DNA of 64,000 nucleotides from Octopus sinensis (taxonomy: Eukaryota), in the NCBI RefSeq assembly GCF_006345805.1, contig NC_043019.1, positions 28,705,360-28,769,359 of the forward strand, given 5' to 3'. Below, in pieces: positions 50,245 through 62,385 of this stretch (positions are counted from its first letter, which is position 1; every line of letters begins with the position of its first letter). A program made the position numbers and the translations under genes. The notes under the pieces are model-generated. The model saw only the letters and a program-made list of their open reading frames with translations, was not told the DNA's origin and made no database searches.

Positions 50245-51345
50245 CAGCGGGACCTTTGTGGTTTTCATCACTGACTACAATTTTGCTCCTATTGTTTTCA
50301 AATTTGGTACATGGATTAAGTTTTGTATACTAATCATGAAAATGAAATTAATTTTCCCTATAAATCCACAATTAAAAAAGTTATTAGCCTTTAAGATTTG
50401 CAAAGTTTGGGTATTTTAGCCAATCAGAAGCAAGTATTTTACACATCACCGTGGCGAAGAACTCTGTTTTCATAGTAACGAAAACAAAGAAGCACAACAT
50501 GCTCCATAGCTGATTACAAAGAACTGTTTCGATAGTAACCAAAGATGCTGCGCATGTGCACAAGGAGTGTAACCACCACTCGTTCAATAATTGTTGGTTT
50601 TCATAACAGACGGGATTCACACTCAACAAATTGAAAGTACCTAGGCATCTTTAAAGTGTGGAAACAAACTCCGGTGTGGGACACACCTTCCATGGTTGAC
50701 TCTTATCTTTGTTAATTTATCTGGAGAAGGAGATATGAGAGAGATAATTTAATTTATAAAATCCCAGAGTGTATTTCAAAATTTCGCTCTTGAATTTTTT
50801 AACTAATGAATGTCTGTTTTAAACAATGTTTTGACTGTTATTTCTAGCAACTCCTGTTGGTTTGTTCGTAGCTTTTAAATATTTAATTTGCTCGCGAATG
50901 TTTTAATGTTAACTTTGCTTGTGTATATTTTAATATTTTGATTGTTATTTCTAGCAACTCCTGTTGGTTTGCTCGTAGCTTTTAAATATTTTATTTACTC
51001 GCGAGCTAGTTTAATGTTTTGACATGCCAATGCCCCCGCCCCCCGATGATGTAAGAGGCAGCGAATGTACTGTTTTCTGACTGGCTGAAAATGATCAAAC
51101 TTTGAACAGTTTTGCAAAATTTTTCTGGAATAAATGAATAACAAATTCTGATTCAGCGTCAAAAATTACATCCAGGCGCAGGAGTGGCTGTGTGGTAAGT
51201 AGCTTGCTAACCAACCACATGGTTCCAGGTTCAGTCCCACTGCGTGGCATCTTTGGTAAGTGTCTTCTGCTATAGCCCCGGGCCGACCAATGCTTTATGA
51301 GTGGATTTGGTAGACGGAAACTGAAAGAAGCCTGTCGTATATATG

Positions 51346-51419
<74 letters not shown>

Positions 51420-51734
51420 TTGTGTGTCTGTGTTTGTCCCCCTAGCATTGCTTGACAACCGATGCTGGTGTGTTTATGTCCCCGTCACTTACAAAGAATA
51501 AGTCCCGGGGTCGAGTTGCTCGACTAAAGGCGGTGCTCCAGCATGGCCACAGTCAAATGACTGAAACAAGTAAAGGAGTAAAAGAGTATATGGTACATTA
51601 AAATTTTTTTAAAAAGATAATTGTAAACAGTGATGCAAACCACAAAGATCCCACCAGTGTAAATTAGTACGGATTATAAGAGGTTTCAGCTCATCCGGAA
51701 AGTCAGTTTAGCTTGACTGATGAATAGAAAGCTA

Positions 51735-51990
51735 CGAATGTTTCGTCCTGGTTTTTCTGTCCGTCTTTGTATCGTCCATCTGTCATATGTTTTCATTGTC
51801 GTCCGTTACGTTCTTGCCCCGTTTTTTGGATTTTCCTCCGTCTTCCCTTCCTTGGATCTTTCCTTTTTCTATATTTCTGACGAAGAGCTCCGCTCGAAAC
51901 GCTAAATCCTCCTTCTTTCTTTTCTTCCTGAGCGTCCAATAACACTATACTTGTTCCACGTCCTCGCGTTGTTGTGTTTTCATGTTTGGA
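51735..51990 (+). mobile_element. Penelope-like terminal repeat with a hammerhead-like core
   Basis: CTGACGA-A-GAGC-TCC-GCTC-GAAACG at 51877-51901, with homologs at 34495 and 7795. Penelope pLTRs are known to carry minimal hammerheads. Confidence 0.65.
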
Positions 51991-51991
51991 T

Positions 51992-52033
<42 letters not shown>

Positions 52034-52619
52034 GCAAAAATACCCTAAAGACTGCTATAGTCAATTAAATAGAAATAAAAATTTTAAACTTATTCTTTCT
52101 GTGCGGCCCAGTATGAAAAGATCCACGCTCAAGTACTGGTCTGCGATCTGATGGTTGGAGACCCCTGCTAAAAACAAATCTGTCAATTCGCTGCTTTTTG
52201 CGAAAATAGTGAAATATATAGCTGATGATAAAGAACTTATGGAATTTTTTTTCGATGGTGTCGAAAACCTTTGACTACGTTAAATAAATGTCAATAATTT
52301 TTCATTACATTTTTGTTATGATATTTGCAATATTTTATCAACATACTTGACTTGAAATCAATGGACATTGAACGAGGTTTTAATCGTCCTATTATTCTAG
52401 TTTTGTAGCAGAAAATCCAAAGCAGATTCTAAAATAGAGATGAGTAAATGGTGGATTATAGAACAAAGTTGAAATAAATTCCTGCAATGAATTTCAAACT
52501 ATGCATTGCTTTGTGGTAGCCCACTGACATATGTACATCTGGCCGTCTGGTCTTTAAAGACAGCGGCATCTGATCGTTCAGTCTTCAAATACAGTGACGT
52601 CTGATCTTTAGAAACAGTG

Positions 52620-52900
52620 GTAGATAAATAGAAAGATATGGGAGTGAGAGATAAAAGAGAGAGGGGGAGAGAGATTCATGAGGTATAAAGTAGACAAGGG
52701 ATAAGAGAGATAAAAGAGAGAGTGAGAGAGATCCGTGAGGTATAAAGTAGAGACAAAGGATCAGAGAGATAAAAGAGAGGGGGAGAGAGATCCGTGAAGT
52801 ATAGAGACAAAGGATCAGAGAGATAACAGAGAGGGGGAGAGATTTATTTAGTATAGAGTAGAATCAAAGAGTCAGAGAGAGAGAGAAAGAGAGCGTTCAG
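52620..52900. repeat. GA-rich imperfect ~50-bp tandem repeat
   Basis: Repeated GAGAGATAAAAGAGAG...GAGAGATCCGTGA.GTATA modules. Confidence 0.75.
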
Positions 52901-53289
52901 AGAGAGAAAGAAAGAAGGAAGGAAAGAGAGGATCAACGTGGGAGATGGGGAGGGGGAGAGAGAAAGAAAGGAATGTAACATGGCTATTGGTATCGCTCCC
53001 AAGATACATGTAATATAGCAACAGACGAAACTTCTCTCTTCACTTCCTTAATAAAGAAGCATGAGATTTGAAAATAAAAAATGATTTCCTTGCGGCAAAT
53101 ACGTTTATGATGAGACAACGACAGCGACGGCGGCGGTGTCGATGGCGACGGTAATGACGACGCCTGTTATTGGTTTCAAATTGGGGCACAAAGCCAGCGA
53201 TTTCAGCGGGGGAGTAAGTCGGTTACATCAACTCCAATACTCAACTGGTATTTATTTTATCGTGCCCCGCAAGTATGAAAGAAAAACTC

Positions 53290-53707
53290 GGATCTTTTCG
53301 GTTTGAACGGCAGTTTTTTTCTAGCGGTGTCATATGAAATTGTCACCTATAATTATGACCCTAGTATCGATCTATTGTATTTCAATCTATTTTAGGGTTA
53401 GGGTTAGGGTGGGGGAAAGGGTATCTTTTTTTTCTTCAGAAATGTAAATAAACCCAATCTGTTTCTTAAAAGAGGGACATATTCATACGGCACAGAATGC
53501 TTTTTAACTCAATAGACGTTACTGATTGGTTGAAATTGCAGAAATTGAAGAAAAAAAACAACAAATATCTTACAAACCATAGAATTTTCTCAATAAAGCC
53601 AAGAGAAAAAGATGTTTTATAAACACATTCTACCAGTATACGAAGTTTAAAATTTTTTAGTTACCTAGAAATTATGTTAAAAACTGCCGTTCAAACCGAA
53701 AAGATCC
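53290..53707. mobile_element. Merlin-like MITE family 1 (opposite internal orientation, TSD not preserved)
   Basis: Same TIRs. Internal GGGTTAGGGTTAGGG. Confidence 0.8.
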
Positions 53708-54324
53708 CCAAGAAAAATGTGAATTAAAAATAAATGCAAAATACATTTTTGTAATGGGATTTTGTAATGCTTCTAAAATTGTTGAACCCATACAAACGCC
53801 ATCTTCTAAGGCAACAAACAGATGTAAAGAACAACAGGATTGCAGGAAATTATTCTAAAATTCTTTTCACCATTTGCTTAAGGGAAAGCCATCTGTGCAG
53901 CTAATATGGAGAATTTTTTGACTACTGATATTTGTAAATTTTTGAAATTCTATTTATTCATTTAGGCGCTTAGAACTGTTATTCAAATATGAAAGAACTA
54001 TTTCTGGTTTATTCTTCTAAATAACATGGTAGAAATACACGCGTGCAACGAACAGCAAATGCAAGACAATATGGAGAAAATATCTCTTCTTTTGCTTCCC
54101 CATCATAACACTAAGCATTACTGCGGCCAAATCTTGTTAGGTTTCCAAAGGTAATTTCATTAACGTTTTTTTTTAATAGTATCTGCACAATTATAAATCC
54201 CAAAAGCAGTTAGATATTTGATTATTTTTTTCATATTTTTTATTCCATTCACATATCTAGCTATTAGAACAAGATGCTTGAGAATAGTAAAACCGTATAG
54301 GCTAAATATCTGGCAGAGCGTGGG

Positions 54325-54360
54325 ACCGGAAGTGACCCGGACTTCTGGATTTTCCGGTTT
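54325..54360. promoter_or_regulatory. Cluster of ETS-like sites (candidate promoter)
   Basis: ACCGGAAGTG at 54325-34, followed by ACTTCTGG and TTTTCCGGTT within 35 bp in a locally CpG-rich patch. Confidence 0.3.
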
Positions 54361-54459
54361 TCTGGAGACAGTCTAAATATATACTTGAAATATAAAATAA
54401 ACTGTAAAATGTAAATAACTAATTTATTTAATGGATTCATACACTTCTAAAGAAGGGTC

Positions 54460-54750
54460 GGATCTTTTCGGTTTGAACGGCAGTTTTTAAACATAATTTC
54501 TAGGTAACTAAAAAATTGACCGTCTATTGAGGTGAAAACATTCTGTGCCGTATGAATATGTCCATCGTTTAAGAAACAGATTGGGTTTATTTACATTTCT
54601 GAAAAAAAAAGATACCCTCCCCCCCCCCTAATCCTAACCCTAACTCTAAATTAGATTGAAATGCAATAGATCGATACTAGGGTCATAATTATGGATGACA
54701 ATTTCATATGACACCGCTGGAAAAAACTGCCGTTCAAACCGAAAAGATCC
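54460..54750. mobile_element. Merlin-like MITE family 1 (internally deleted)
   Basis: Same TIRs and 8-bp TSD GAAGGGTC. Confidence 0.85.
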
Positions 54751-55147
54751 GAAGGGTCTGTTTGATGTTTATTAATCCTCTTAAAATATATTATATTTTA
54801 CCATGTTTAAAAGATGAAAATTAAACGAAGAAAAATAAAGAACATGATTTTATTCAACGGATACAGGTACAAATTAATACACTTCTAAAGTAGAATATGT
54901 TTAATCTCTATCAATGCACATAAAAAAAGTAAAGGACAAAACTACTTTCAACACACTCTACGCAACTTAACCAACTTCAAAAACCGCTTGTTTACTCAAC
55001 AGAAGGTGTAGTATACTGCACAACAACCCTTGATTGCTGGAAATTTCAAATTTCAGGAAGTTGGGTAAGAAGTCCGTTTCTGTATATATGTTTTTTCATC
55101 AATTATAAAGAAGAAATTTTGTTACATTTAACTTGGATACAATGTTA

Positions 55148-55326
55148 GGCGATGCTTCGGTATAGGTACACACGTGACTATGTTTACATTTCTGAAGATA
55201 ACAGAAACCCTTTTCTCCCACCCCTAACCCTAACCCAAACCCTAACCCTAACCCCCCATATATAGAAAAAACACTTTCTTGAAATGTATCCGGTACTTAC
55301 ACTGGTACATATACCGAAGGTTCACC
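55148..55326. mobile_element. Merlin-like MITE family 2 (179 bp)
   Basis: GGCGATGCTTCGGTATAGGTAC/GTACATATACCGAAGGTTCACC TIRs, 8-bp TSD CAATGTTA, internal (CCCTAA)n. Confidence 0.75.
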
Positions 55327-55845
55327 CAATGTTATTAAAGTTATATTCACCGATTAGAAAAAATAATGTGGATTCCTTTGGTTATGCTTTTTCGGTATTT
55401 TTGTTATCGTTTGCTATTTTCGAATCTGGACAAACATTGGTGATGAAACCAGATAGATAGATTATCTGAAATGATAATTGATAAGTCTTGCTCAGCAATA
55501 AATTCAGAATTTAAGATCAGCGGGTTGTTATCTGCATTGAGTGAATAGAAGATTTGCCAGGTTTCATAAAATCAATAAGAAATGGTAAATTTTATTTTCC
55601 TGTGTAACATATAAACATGTATATCTTTTAGAACATTGTTATTTTATAAGATTTTGCTGGCAAATTCTTAAATTAACATAAACATTTATTTATATGAAAG
55701 AAAATTACTGGTGAACTTTTTTTCTAATTCTTCCATATCTTTATGCTAAAACTGTATTGAAACTATTTGTGGGGAAGAAAGAGAGAAGAAAAATGCAGCA
55801 CCAAGTGCTTCAACTTGTCGTACACCACAAGGTTCAACGGAACCT

Positions 55846-56023
55846 ACATAATGTGGCTACCCTGGAAGGGACGATTGCTACTGTTGTTTAACCCGAGGAA
55901 CCATCGTTTCCAGCTGGTTATACGACACAATACAGATATTATGCCGTTTAGCCAACAGGAAACGATGTTTCCTGGGGTTAAACAACAGTAAAAATCGTCC
56001 CTTCCAGGGTAGCCACATTATGT
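55846..56023. mobile_element. MITE-like foldback element (178 bp, ~70-bp arms)
   Basis: ACATAATGTGGCTACCCTGGAAGGGACGATT... is the reverse complement of ...AATCGTCCCTTCCAGGGTAGCCACATTATGT. No clear TSD. Confidence 0.7.
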
Positions 56024-56746
56024 TGACAAATAGTCTTCACTTTAAAGAACTGTTACTGAATATCCCTCTTTGGGAGATTTAAAAACAGTAAGGTTTCAAT
56101 ACAGGTTTAACAGAGAGATTTCGAAGAATTAGATGAAAGTTCTCCGGGAATTTTCTTCCATGTAAATAAATGTTTATGTTAATTTAAAAATTTGCCAACA
56201 AAATCTGTACAAAAGATGTACGTGTTTATTTGTTATATATGAAAATAAAAGAGTATTGTTATTCTAACATCACTGGGCAAATATCCATGTCTCTGTCCGC
56301 TCACAATGGGTTCACAAAAAAATATATTCTTTCTTTTCTTTTCTTTTACTTGTTTCAGCCATTTGACTGCGGCCATGCTGGAGCACCGCCTTTAGTCGAG
56401 CAAATCGATCCCAGGATTTATTCTTTGTAAGCCTAGTACTTATTCTATCAGTCCCTTTTGCCGAACTGCTAAGTTACTGGGATGTAAACACACCAACATC
56501 GGTTGTCAAGCGATTTTAGGGGGACAAAGACACAAATACACACACACATATATACACGATGGGTTTCTTTCAGTTTCCATCTACCAAATCCACTCACAAG
56601 GCTTTAGTCGTCCCGAGGCTATAGTAAAAGATACTTGCCCAAGGTGCCATGCAGTGGGACTGAACCCAGGACTATGTGACCACACAGGCACTCCTGCACC
56701 TATATATATAAATCTTGAAAAAAAATTTTATTCATTGCCTACATAT

Positions 56747-57080
56747 AAAAGACCCCCTTCGGTCATGAATGACCATGGGATTGCACCTAGAAAGTTACCC
56801 TCCTAGACACAAGTCCGGGCAAGGTTGTTTATGGAAGACCAGCAGTCACCCATGCATACCAGCCTCCCCTCTCCACGCCACCAGTGTTATCCAAGGGAAA
56901 GGCAAAGGTCGATACAGCTTGGCACCAGTGACGTCGCAACTCATTTCTACAGCTGAGTGAACTGGAGCAACGTGAAATAAAGTGCCTTGCTCAAGAACAC
57001 AACACGCAGCCCGGTCCGGGATTCGAGCTCACAACCTCACGATCGTAAGCTCGATGCTCTAACCACTGAGCCATGCGCCT
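56747..57080 (-). mobile_element. tRNA-derived CORE-like SINE family E (possibly the octopus OR type)
   Basis: Head GGCTCAGTGGTTAGAGC...TTACGAT...CTCGAATCCCC, with ACG near the anticodon position (Arg-like), followed by CORE-like TTCTTGAGCAAGGCACTT...CAGCTGTAGAAATGAG. Other copies at ~2130-2332, 4390-4520, 22040-22170, 24790-24895, 35100-35275. Confidence 0.7.
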
Positions 57081-58389
57081 ACATATGAATAAAAAAATTT
57101 TCAATTCCCAAAACGCATGCATGGCTGTGTGCTTAAGAAGCCTTATTCCCAACTTTGTGGTCTTGGGTTCAGTGGCACCATCGGCAAGTGTCTTCTACAA
57201 AAGCCCTTGGCCAACCAAGACCTCGTGAGTAGATTTGGTAGACGGAAACTGAACGTAGCCTGTTGTGTGTGTGTGTGTGTGTGTGTGGTGTTTGTCTCCC
57301 ACCACCGCATGACAACCGATATTGCCTTGTTTATGTCTTCATAACTAAACGGTTCAGTTAAAGAGGCAGACGGAATAAGTCCCAAGTTTCAAAAATAAGA
57401 AGCGGAGTCGGTTTGTCTGATAAACCTTCGTAGGTAGTAAGTACCCCAGCATGGCCACAGTCCAAGATCAAGATAAAGCACTCGTAAAAATAAGAGGCGC
57501 CTATCAAAAGTCACTAAGGAAAAGTCATATTTTATCTAAATATTATAGTGGCTGTGTGATAAGTAGCTTGCTTACCAACCACATGGTTCCGGGTTCAGTC
57601 CCACTGCGTGACACTTTCGGCAAGTGTCTTCTACTATAGCCTCGGGCCGACCAAAGCCTTGTGAGTGGATTTGGTAGACGGAAACTGAAAGAAGCCCCTT
57701 GTATATATATGTATATGTGTGTGTGGTGTTTGTGGGTCTGTGTTTGTCCCCCCCCCCCAACATCGCTTGACAACTGACGCTGGTGTGTTTACATCTCCGT
57801 AACTTAGCGGTTTGGCAAAAGAGATCGATAGAATAAGTACTAGGCTTACAAAGAATAAATCCTGGGGTCGGTTTGTTCGAGTAAAGGTGGTGCTCCAGCA
57901 TGGCCGCAGTCAAATGACTGAAACAAGTAAAAGAGTAAAATATTAAAACAAAAAAAATATTTTAAATCAGTTATTAACTGACAGCGGTACATAACTTATG
58001 CACTGTATATAATGACATTACATACGTGATAAAAAAAAAAATACACACACCTTTTATTCAATTTCTTGAGCAAAGTATGACAACGAAACAAAACAGTTAA
58101 GTCAGTCATTTATTAACAATACGTGATATGTACAGCTTAAGATCAGGCGTAGCTGTGTAGTAGGGCACTTGCTGCCCAACCATATGGTTCCGAGTTAACT
58201 CCCACTGTGTGCCACATTGTGCAAGCAAGTGACTTCTACTTTTACCATCTGGGCAGGATTGAGATCCTAAGAACTTAAAAGATTCTGGTCTCCCAAAATG
58301 TACATAATTCAAAATATAAACCATAAAATAAATTTTTATTTTTCAGAATGAACAAAACTAACGGAAAATGGAAAATAATATTTACTTTT

Positions 58390-58753
58390 GTATGCTTCCG
58401 CTTTAAGGCAGAGGTATTGTTTTCAGTCGTGTTTGTTTGTTTGTCCGTAGACAAGATATCTCAAGAACCGCTGGATGGATTCGGATGAAACTTTCAGGGA
58501 TGTTTGGCCTTGTGACTGGCACGAACTGATTAGATTTTGGGATCGATCCGGTACCGGGCAAGGATTCTGGATTATTTTTCCTGTTTTTTACTTGATTTTT
58601 GAGAGCGATCGGATTCATTTTTAGCATTCTCGTTTGTGAGAGCAGTCAAGTTTATTTCAGATGTTCTCATTTAAAAAAATCATCCCCGGCTAATTGTTGA
58701 GAGGACGTTGGTGTTGCCTTGGCAGAGGTTTGTACTCTCTGAATGCTCTTGTT
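58390..58753 (+). mobile_element. Helentron-associated (HINE/DINE-1-like) non-autonomous element
   Basis: Degenerate 5' subTIR, then (GTTT)n, GGATGGATT..GATGAAACTTTCAGG core, 3' subTIR CCTTGGCAGAGG and terminal hairpin GTACTCTCTGAATGC ending before T-rich sequence. Confidence 0.6.
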
Positions 58754-59065
58754 TATATATTTGAAAAAGTTTTCATTTTTTAATTGCAAAGTTTTTGATC
58801 AGATCTTCAAAATTAATCTTACAGAACACATCTACTTCTATACTTATTAGAGATAAAGGCATCCCGAATATTATTTTGGCAAGGTCAAAGTGATTTCTTT
58901 TGTGCTGTAAACCATCTACCATTTCTGTGGTGCCCCACTCCTTCTCTTGATGCCCTACGCACGTGCTTATTTTGCTTAATGGTTAATCCAGCGCTGTCTA
59001 CCATAGTCTCGAGCTGACCAAAGCTTTGCGAGTGGATTTGGTAGACTGAAACTGAAAGAAGCTTC

Positions 59066-59114
<49 letters not shown>

Positions 59115-59370
59115 TGTGTGTGTGTGTGTGTAAATGTGTTTGTCCTCCGCCATCACTTCACAACTGGTATTGAAGTGTTTACGTTCCTGTAACTTAGCGG
59201 TTCGGTAAAACTGAGCAGTAGAATAAATACCATTCTTAAAAAAAAAACTACTGGGGTCGATTCTTTTGACAAAGATCCTTCAGTGCTCTAGCATGGTCAC
59301 AGTCTAATAACTTAAACAAGTAAAAGATTAAAAAAAAAAACCCTCGGTATTTTTCCTGTTGATGACTCAG

Positions 59371-59456
59371 ACCAATGTCCCGCAGACGCAACAAAGAATC
59401 TGTCACCATCACATGGTTTTACCCCGTCAAGCAACACAACATATGAAGACGTTCTT
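59371..59456 (+). CDS. Candidate internal exon of an unidentified gene (DQCPADATKNLSPSHGFTPSSNTTYEDVL)
   Basis: CAG acceptor after TTTTTCCTGTT, GTAAGC donor, open phase 1 to 0. No homology recognised. Confidence 0.35.
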
Positions 59457-59573
59457 GTAAGCTGCACACAACATCGACAAAGTCTTCTTTGAGCGGGATT
59501 ACTAACAGCATCTTGCTGGATAATTGTGTTCACTGTTTCTGATTGTTGCTTCCGTGATCTTTTTTCCTTTCAG

Positions 59574-59612
59574 ATTGAAAACACCTTACACAGAATCGTG
59601 ACATTATTACAT
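59574..59612 (+). CDS. Candidate internal exon of an unidentified gene (IENTLHRIVTLLH)
   Basis: Strong TCTTTTTTCCTTTCAG acceptor and GTATGT donor, phase 0/0, compatible with the previous candidate across a 117-nt intron. Confidence 0.35.
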
Positions 59613-59972
59613 GTATGTTCAGCATTTTTTAAAATACTGATGACGAAGACGAATATTTTAAATGACGCCAAGAAGAAACTCTGTCAGAGTCTTGTAGTTC
59701 TCTAGTCGAGCAACACACAAGATACGAAGTTTCAGTAACTTTTTTTTTCCTGGATTCAATAAAATAAAGTATCACTCAGGTACTTTCACTCTTTCACTTG
59801 TTTCAGTCATTTGACTGCGGCCATGCTGGAGCACCGCCTTTAATCGAGCAACTCGACCCCGGGACTTATTCTTTTGTAAGCCCAGTACTTATTCTATCGG
59901 TCTCTTTTGCCGAACCGCTAAGTAACGGGGACATAAACACTAGGGGACAAACAGAGACACACAAAACACACA

Positions 59973-60019
<47 letters not shown>

Positions 60020-60389
60020 GACGGGCTTCTTTCAGTTTCCGTCTACCAAATCCACTCACAAGGCTTTGGTCAGCCCGAGGCTATAGTAGAAGACACTTGC
60101 CCAAGGTGCCACGCAGTGGGACTGAACCCGGAACCATGTGGTTGGTAGACAAGCTACTTACCACACAGCCACTCCTGGGGTCGATGGTATCGACTTAACC
60201 TTCTCCTCAAAATTTCTAGTATTGTGCCTAGATCAGAAGCGATTACCTTGTGCAATCATCAGGTGCAGCTATTGATCAGTTAAAAAGCGTGTGAATTTCT
60301 TTTGTTTGTGAGCTTTAAAAAACACAAAAACATTGAATTTATAAAAACTTTATTGGGATAACCACAAGTAGGCTTTCGAAAGCGTACCT

Positions 60390-60800
60390 GGATCTTTTCG
60401 GTTTGAACGGCAGTTTTTTAAAATAATTTCCACGTAACTAAACACTTTTAAACTTCGTATACTGGTAGAATGTGTTTATAAAACATCTTTTTCTTTTGGC
60501 TTTATTGAGAAAATTCTATAGTTTGTAACATATTTGTTGTTATTTTTCTTCAATTTCTGCAATTTCAACCAATCAATGACGTCTATTGAGGTGAAAACAT
60601 TCTGTGCCGTATGAATATGTCCCTCGTTTAAGAAACAGTTTGGGTTTATTTACATTTCTGAAGAAAAAAAAGATACCCTTCCCCCACCCCTAACCCTAAA
60701 ACAGACTGAAATGCAATAGATCGATACTAGGGTCATAATTATGGGTGACAATTTCATATGACACCGCTAGAAAAAACTGCCGTTCAAACCGAAAAGATCC
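60390..60800. mobile_element. Merlin-like MITE family 1
   Basis: Same TIRs and 8-bp TSD GCGTACCT. Confidence 0.85.
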
Positions 60801-61884
60801 GCGTACCTTTGCAAAGGTGCATTTAAAAAAATGCATTATTTAAAAGGTTACGATAAAACAAAACCGGTGGAGCACTAAACTGCAGTTATGCTTCGTTGGC
60901 GTCCGCGTGTGTGCGTGCACGCGTGTGTGAAACAGAACTCTATACATGTCCATCTAAGTGTATGCGTACGAAAATGCGTTTAAGTTTGAATGTAAGTATG
61001 CGTGTGTGTAATATATACGTAAGTGTATGAGTCGTATATCTTTACAATGCCGAATACATATTATCAACGATTGTTTTACAAAAATGATTCACGGTGCGGA
61101 GAAATGGTGTAAGAGAAGGAAGCAATTCTGTTCCGGTTTACGTAGAAACCCCCGACATCCTAATTTTTCGTCACATCTTCCTCCCACTTACTCTCTTTTC
61201 ACGCATCTCCTTCACTTTTTACATCCTTATTCTCTCCATTGTCACACCTAAAATAGACGGATTCAGAGTGGAAAATCACTTCATCGACTGTTATTACAAA
61301 AAATGACGTCACTGTTACTGTTATTGATGCTATTGATGCTGCTGCTGTTGTTGTTGTTGTTGTTATTGTTGTTAGTGCTGTTGTTAATGTTGCCGCTACT
61401 GCTGTTGCTGTGTAGCCCTAGGCCAGCCCTAATTGAGCAGACTTATTTGAGCAGCATATTTTCTCCTATTCTGGACTCATAAGATCAGAAGACATTGAGA
61501 TTCAAAACAACAAGCATAAGAGAAACGTCTTTTTTAAAAAAAATATATAAACAATACTTCGAGATTGTCTAATTAAATCAATATTATCTTAATGGTAAGT
61601 TATAGTTGTGCTTTCTTTCGTGTATCTTGCTCTCTTTTCAACTAAATCATACGATCATCATTGCTGTCAACTTTCTTTTAAGTGCCACAATTTTATCCTG
61701 AGTATTGATCCAGTGCCATCTTAAGGCATGGAGACTCACTGGTCTTGGGTCTCGATTCAGATCTTTGGTTTAATTTCCCCTTTTTATTAGGCTCTGAGGC
61801 TGTAATGTGTCCCAGCAGAAACGTCTACTGGTGCACAACCTATCGGCCAGAAAACCTTAGGTGCAACTATAAGCACAAAATATT

Positions 61885-62385
61885 GGATCTTTTCCTTTTG
61901 AACGGCACTTTGTAACATAATTTCTAGGTAACTAAAAAGTTTTAAACTTCGTATACTGGTAGAATGTGTTTATAAAACATCATTTTCTCTTGGTTTTATT
62001 GAGAAAATTCTATAGTTTGTAAGATATTTCGTCTGAAAATCCGAGCATTTCGGCAATTTTAACCAATCGATTACCTCCATTGAGCTAAACAATTAAATTA
62101 ATTTAACAATTAAGAAAAAAAAAAAAGGGTTAGGGTTAGGGTGAGGTTTAGGCTTAGTGACAGGATGTTGTCTCAGTTTTAGACGCAGCAAATGATTTTA
62201 GCTCAATTAGAGGCGATTCATTGGTTAAAATTCGAAAAATTAAACTACGTTAAACAAACGAATTACAATTTTATCAAGAAAGCCAAGAGAAAAAAATGTT
62301 TTATTTTGACACATTTTACCAATATACGAAGTTTTAAAGTCTTTAGTTAACTAGAAATTGTGTGCCATTCAAAAGGAAAAGATCC
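61885..62385. mobile_element. Merlin-like MITE, variant subfamily
   Basis: GGATCTTTTCCTTTTGAACGGCAC/GTGCCATTCAAAAGGAAAAGATCC TIRs and 8-bp TSD AAAATATT. Confidence 0.8.

Noticed and set aside
50836-51010. 107-bp tandem duplication, and similar small duplications at 35992-36040, 40552-40583 and 42670-42830
   Set aside because: These are ordinary two-copy local duplications with no further structure.
55220-55256. Telomere or interstitial telomeric site
   Set aside because: There are only a few hexamers, inside TSD-bounded MITEs.
56990-57080. tRNA genes at SINE heads
   Set aside because: The A/B-box-like motifs continue into repeat bodies, lack a closed acceptor stem and are multi-copy and diverged.
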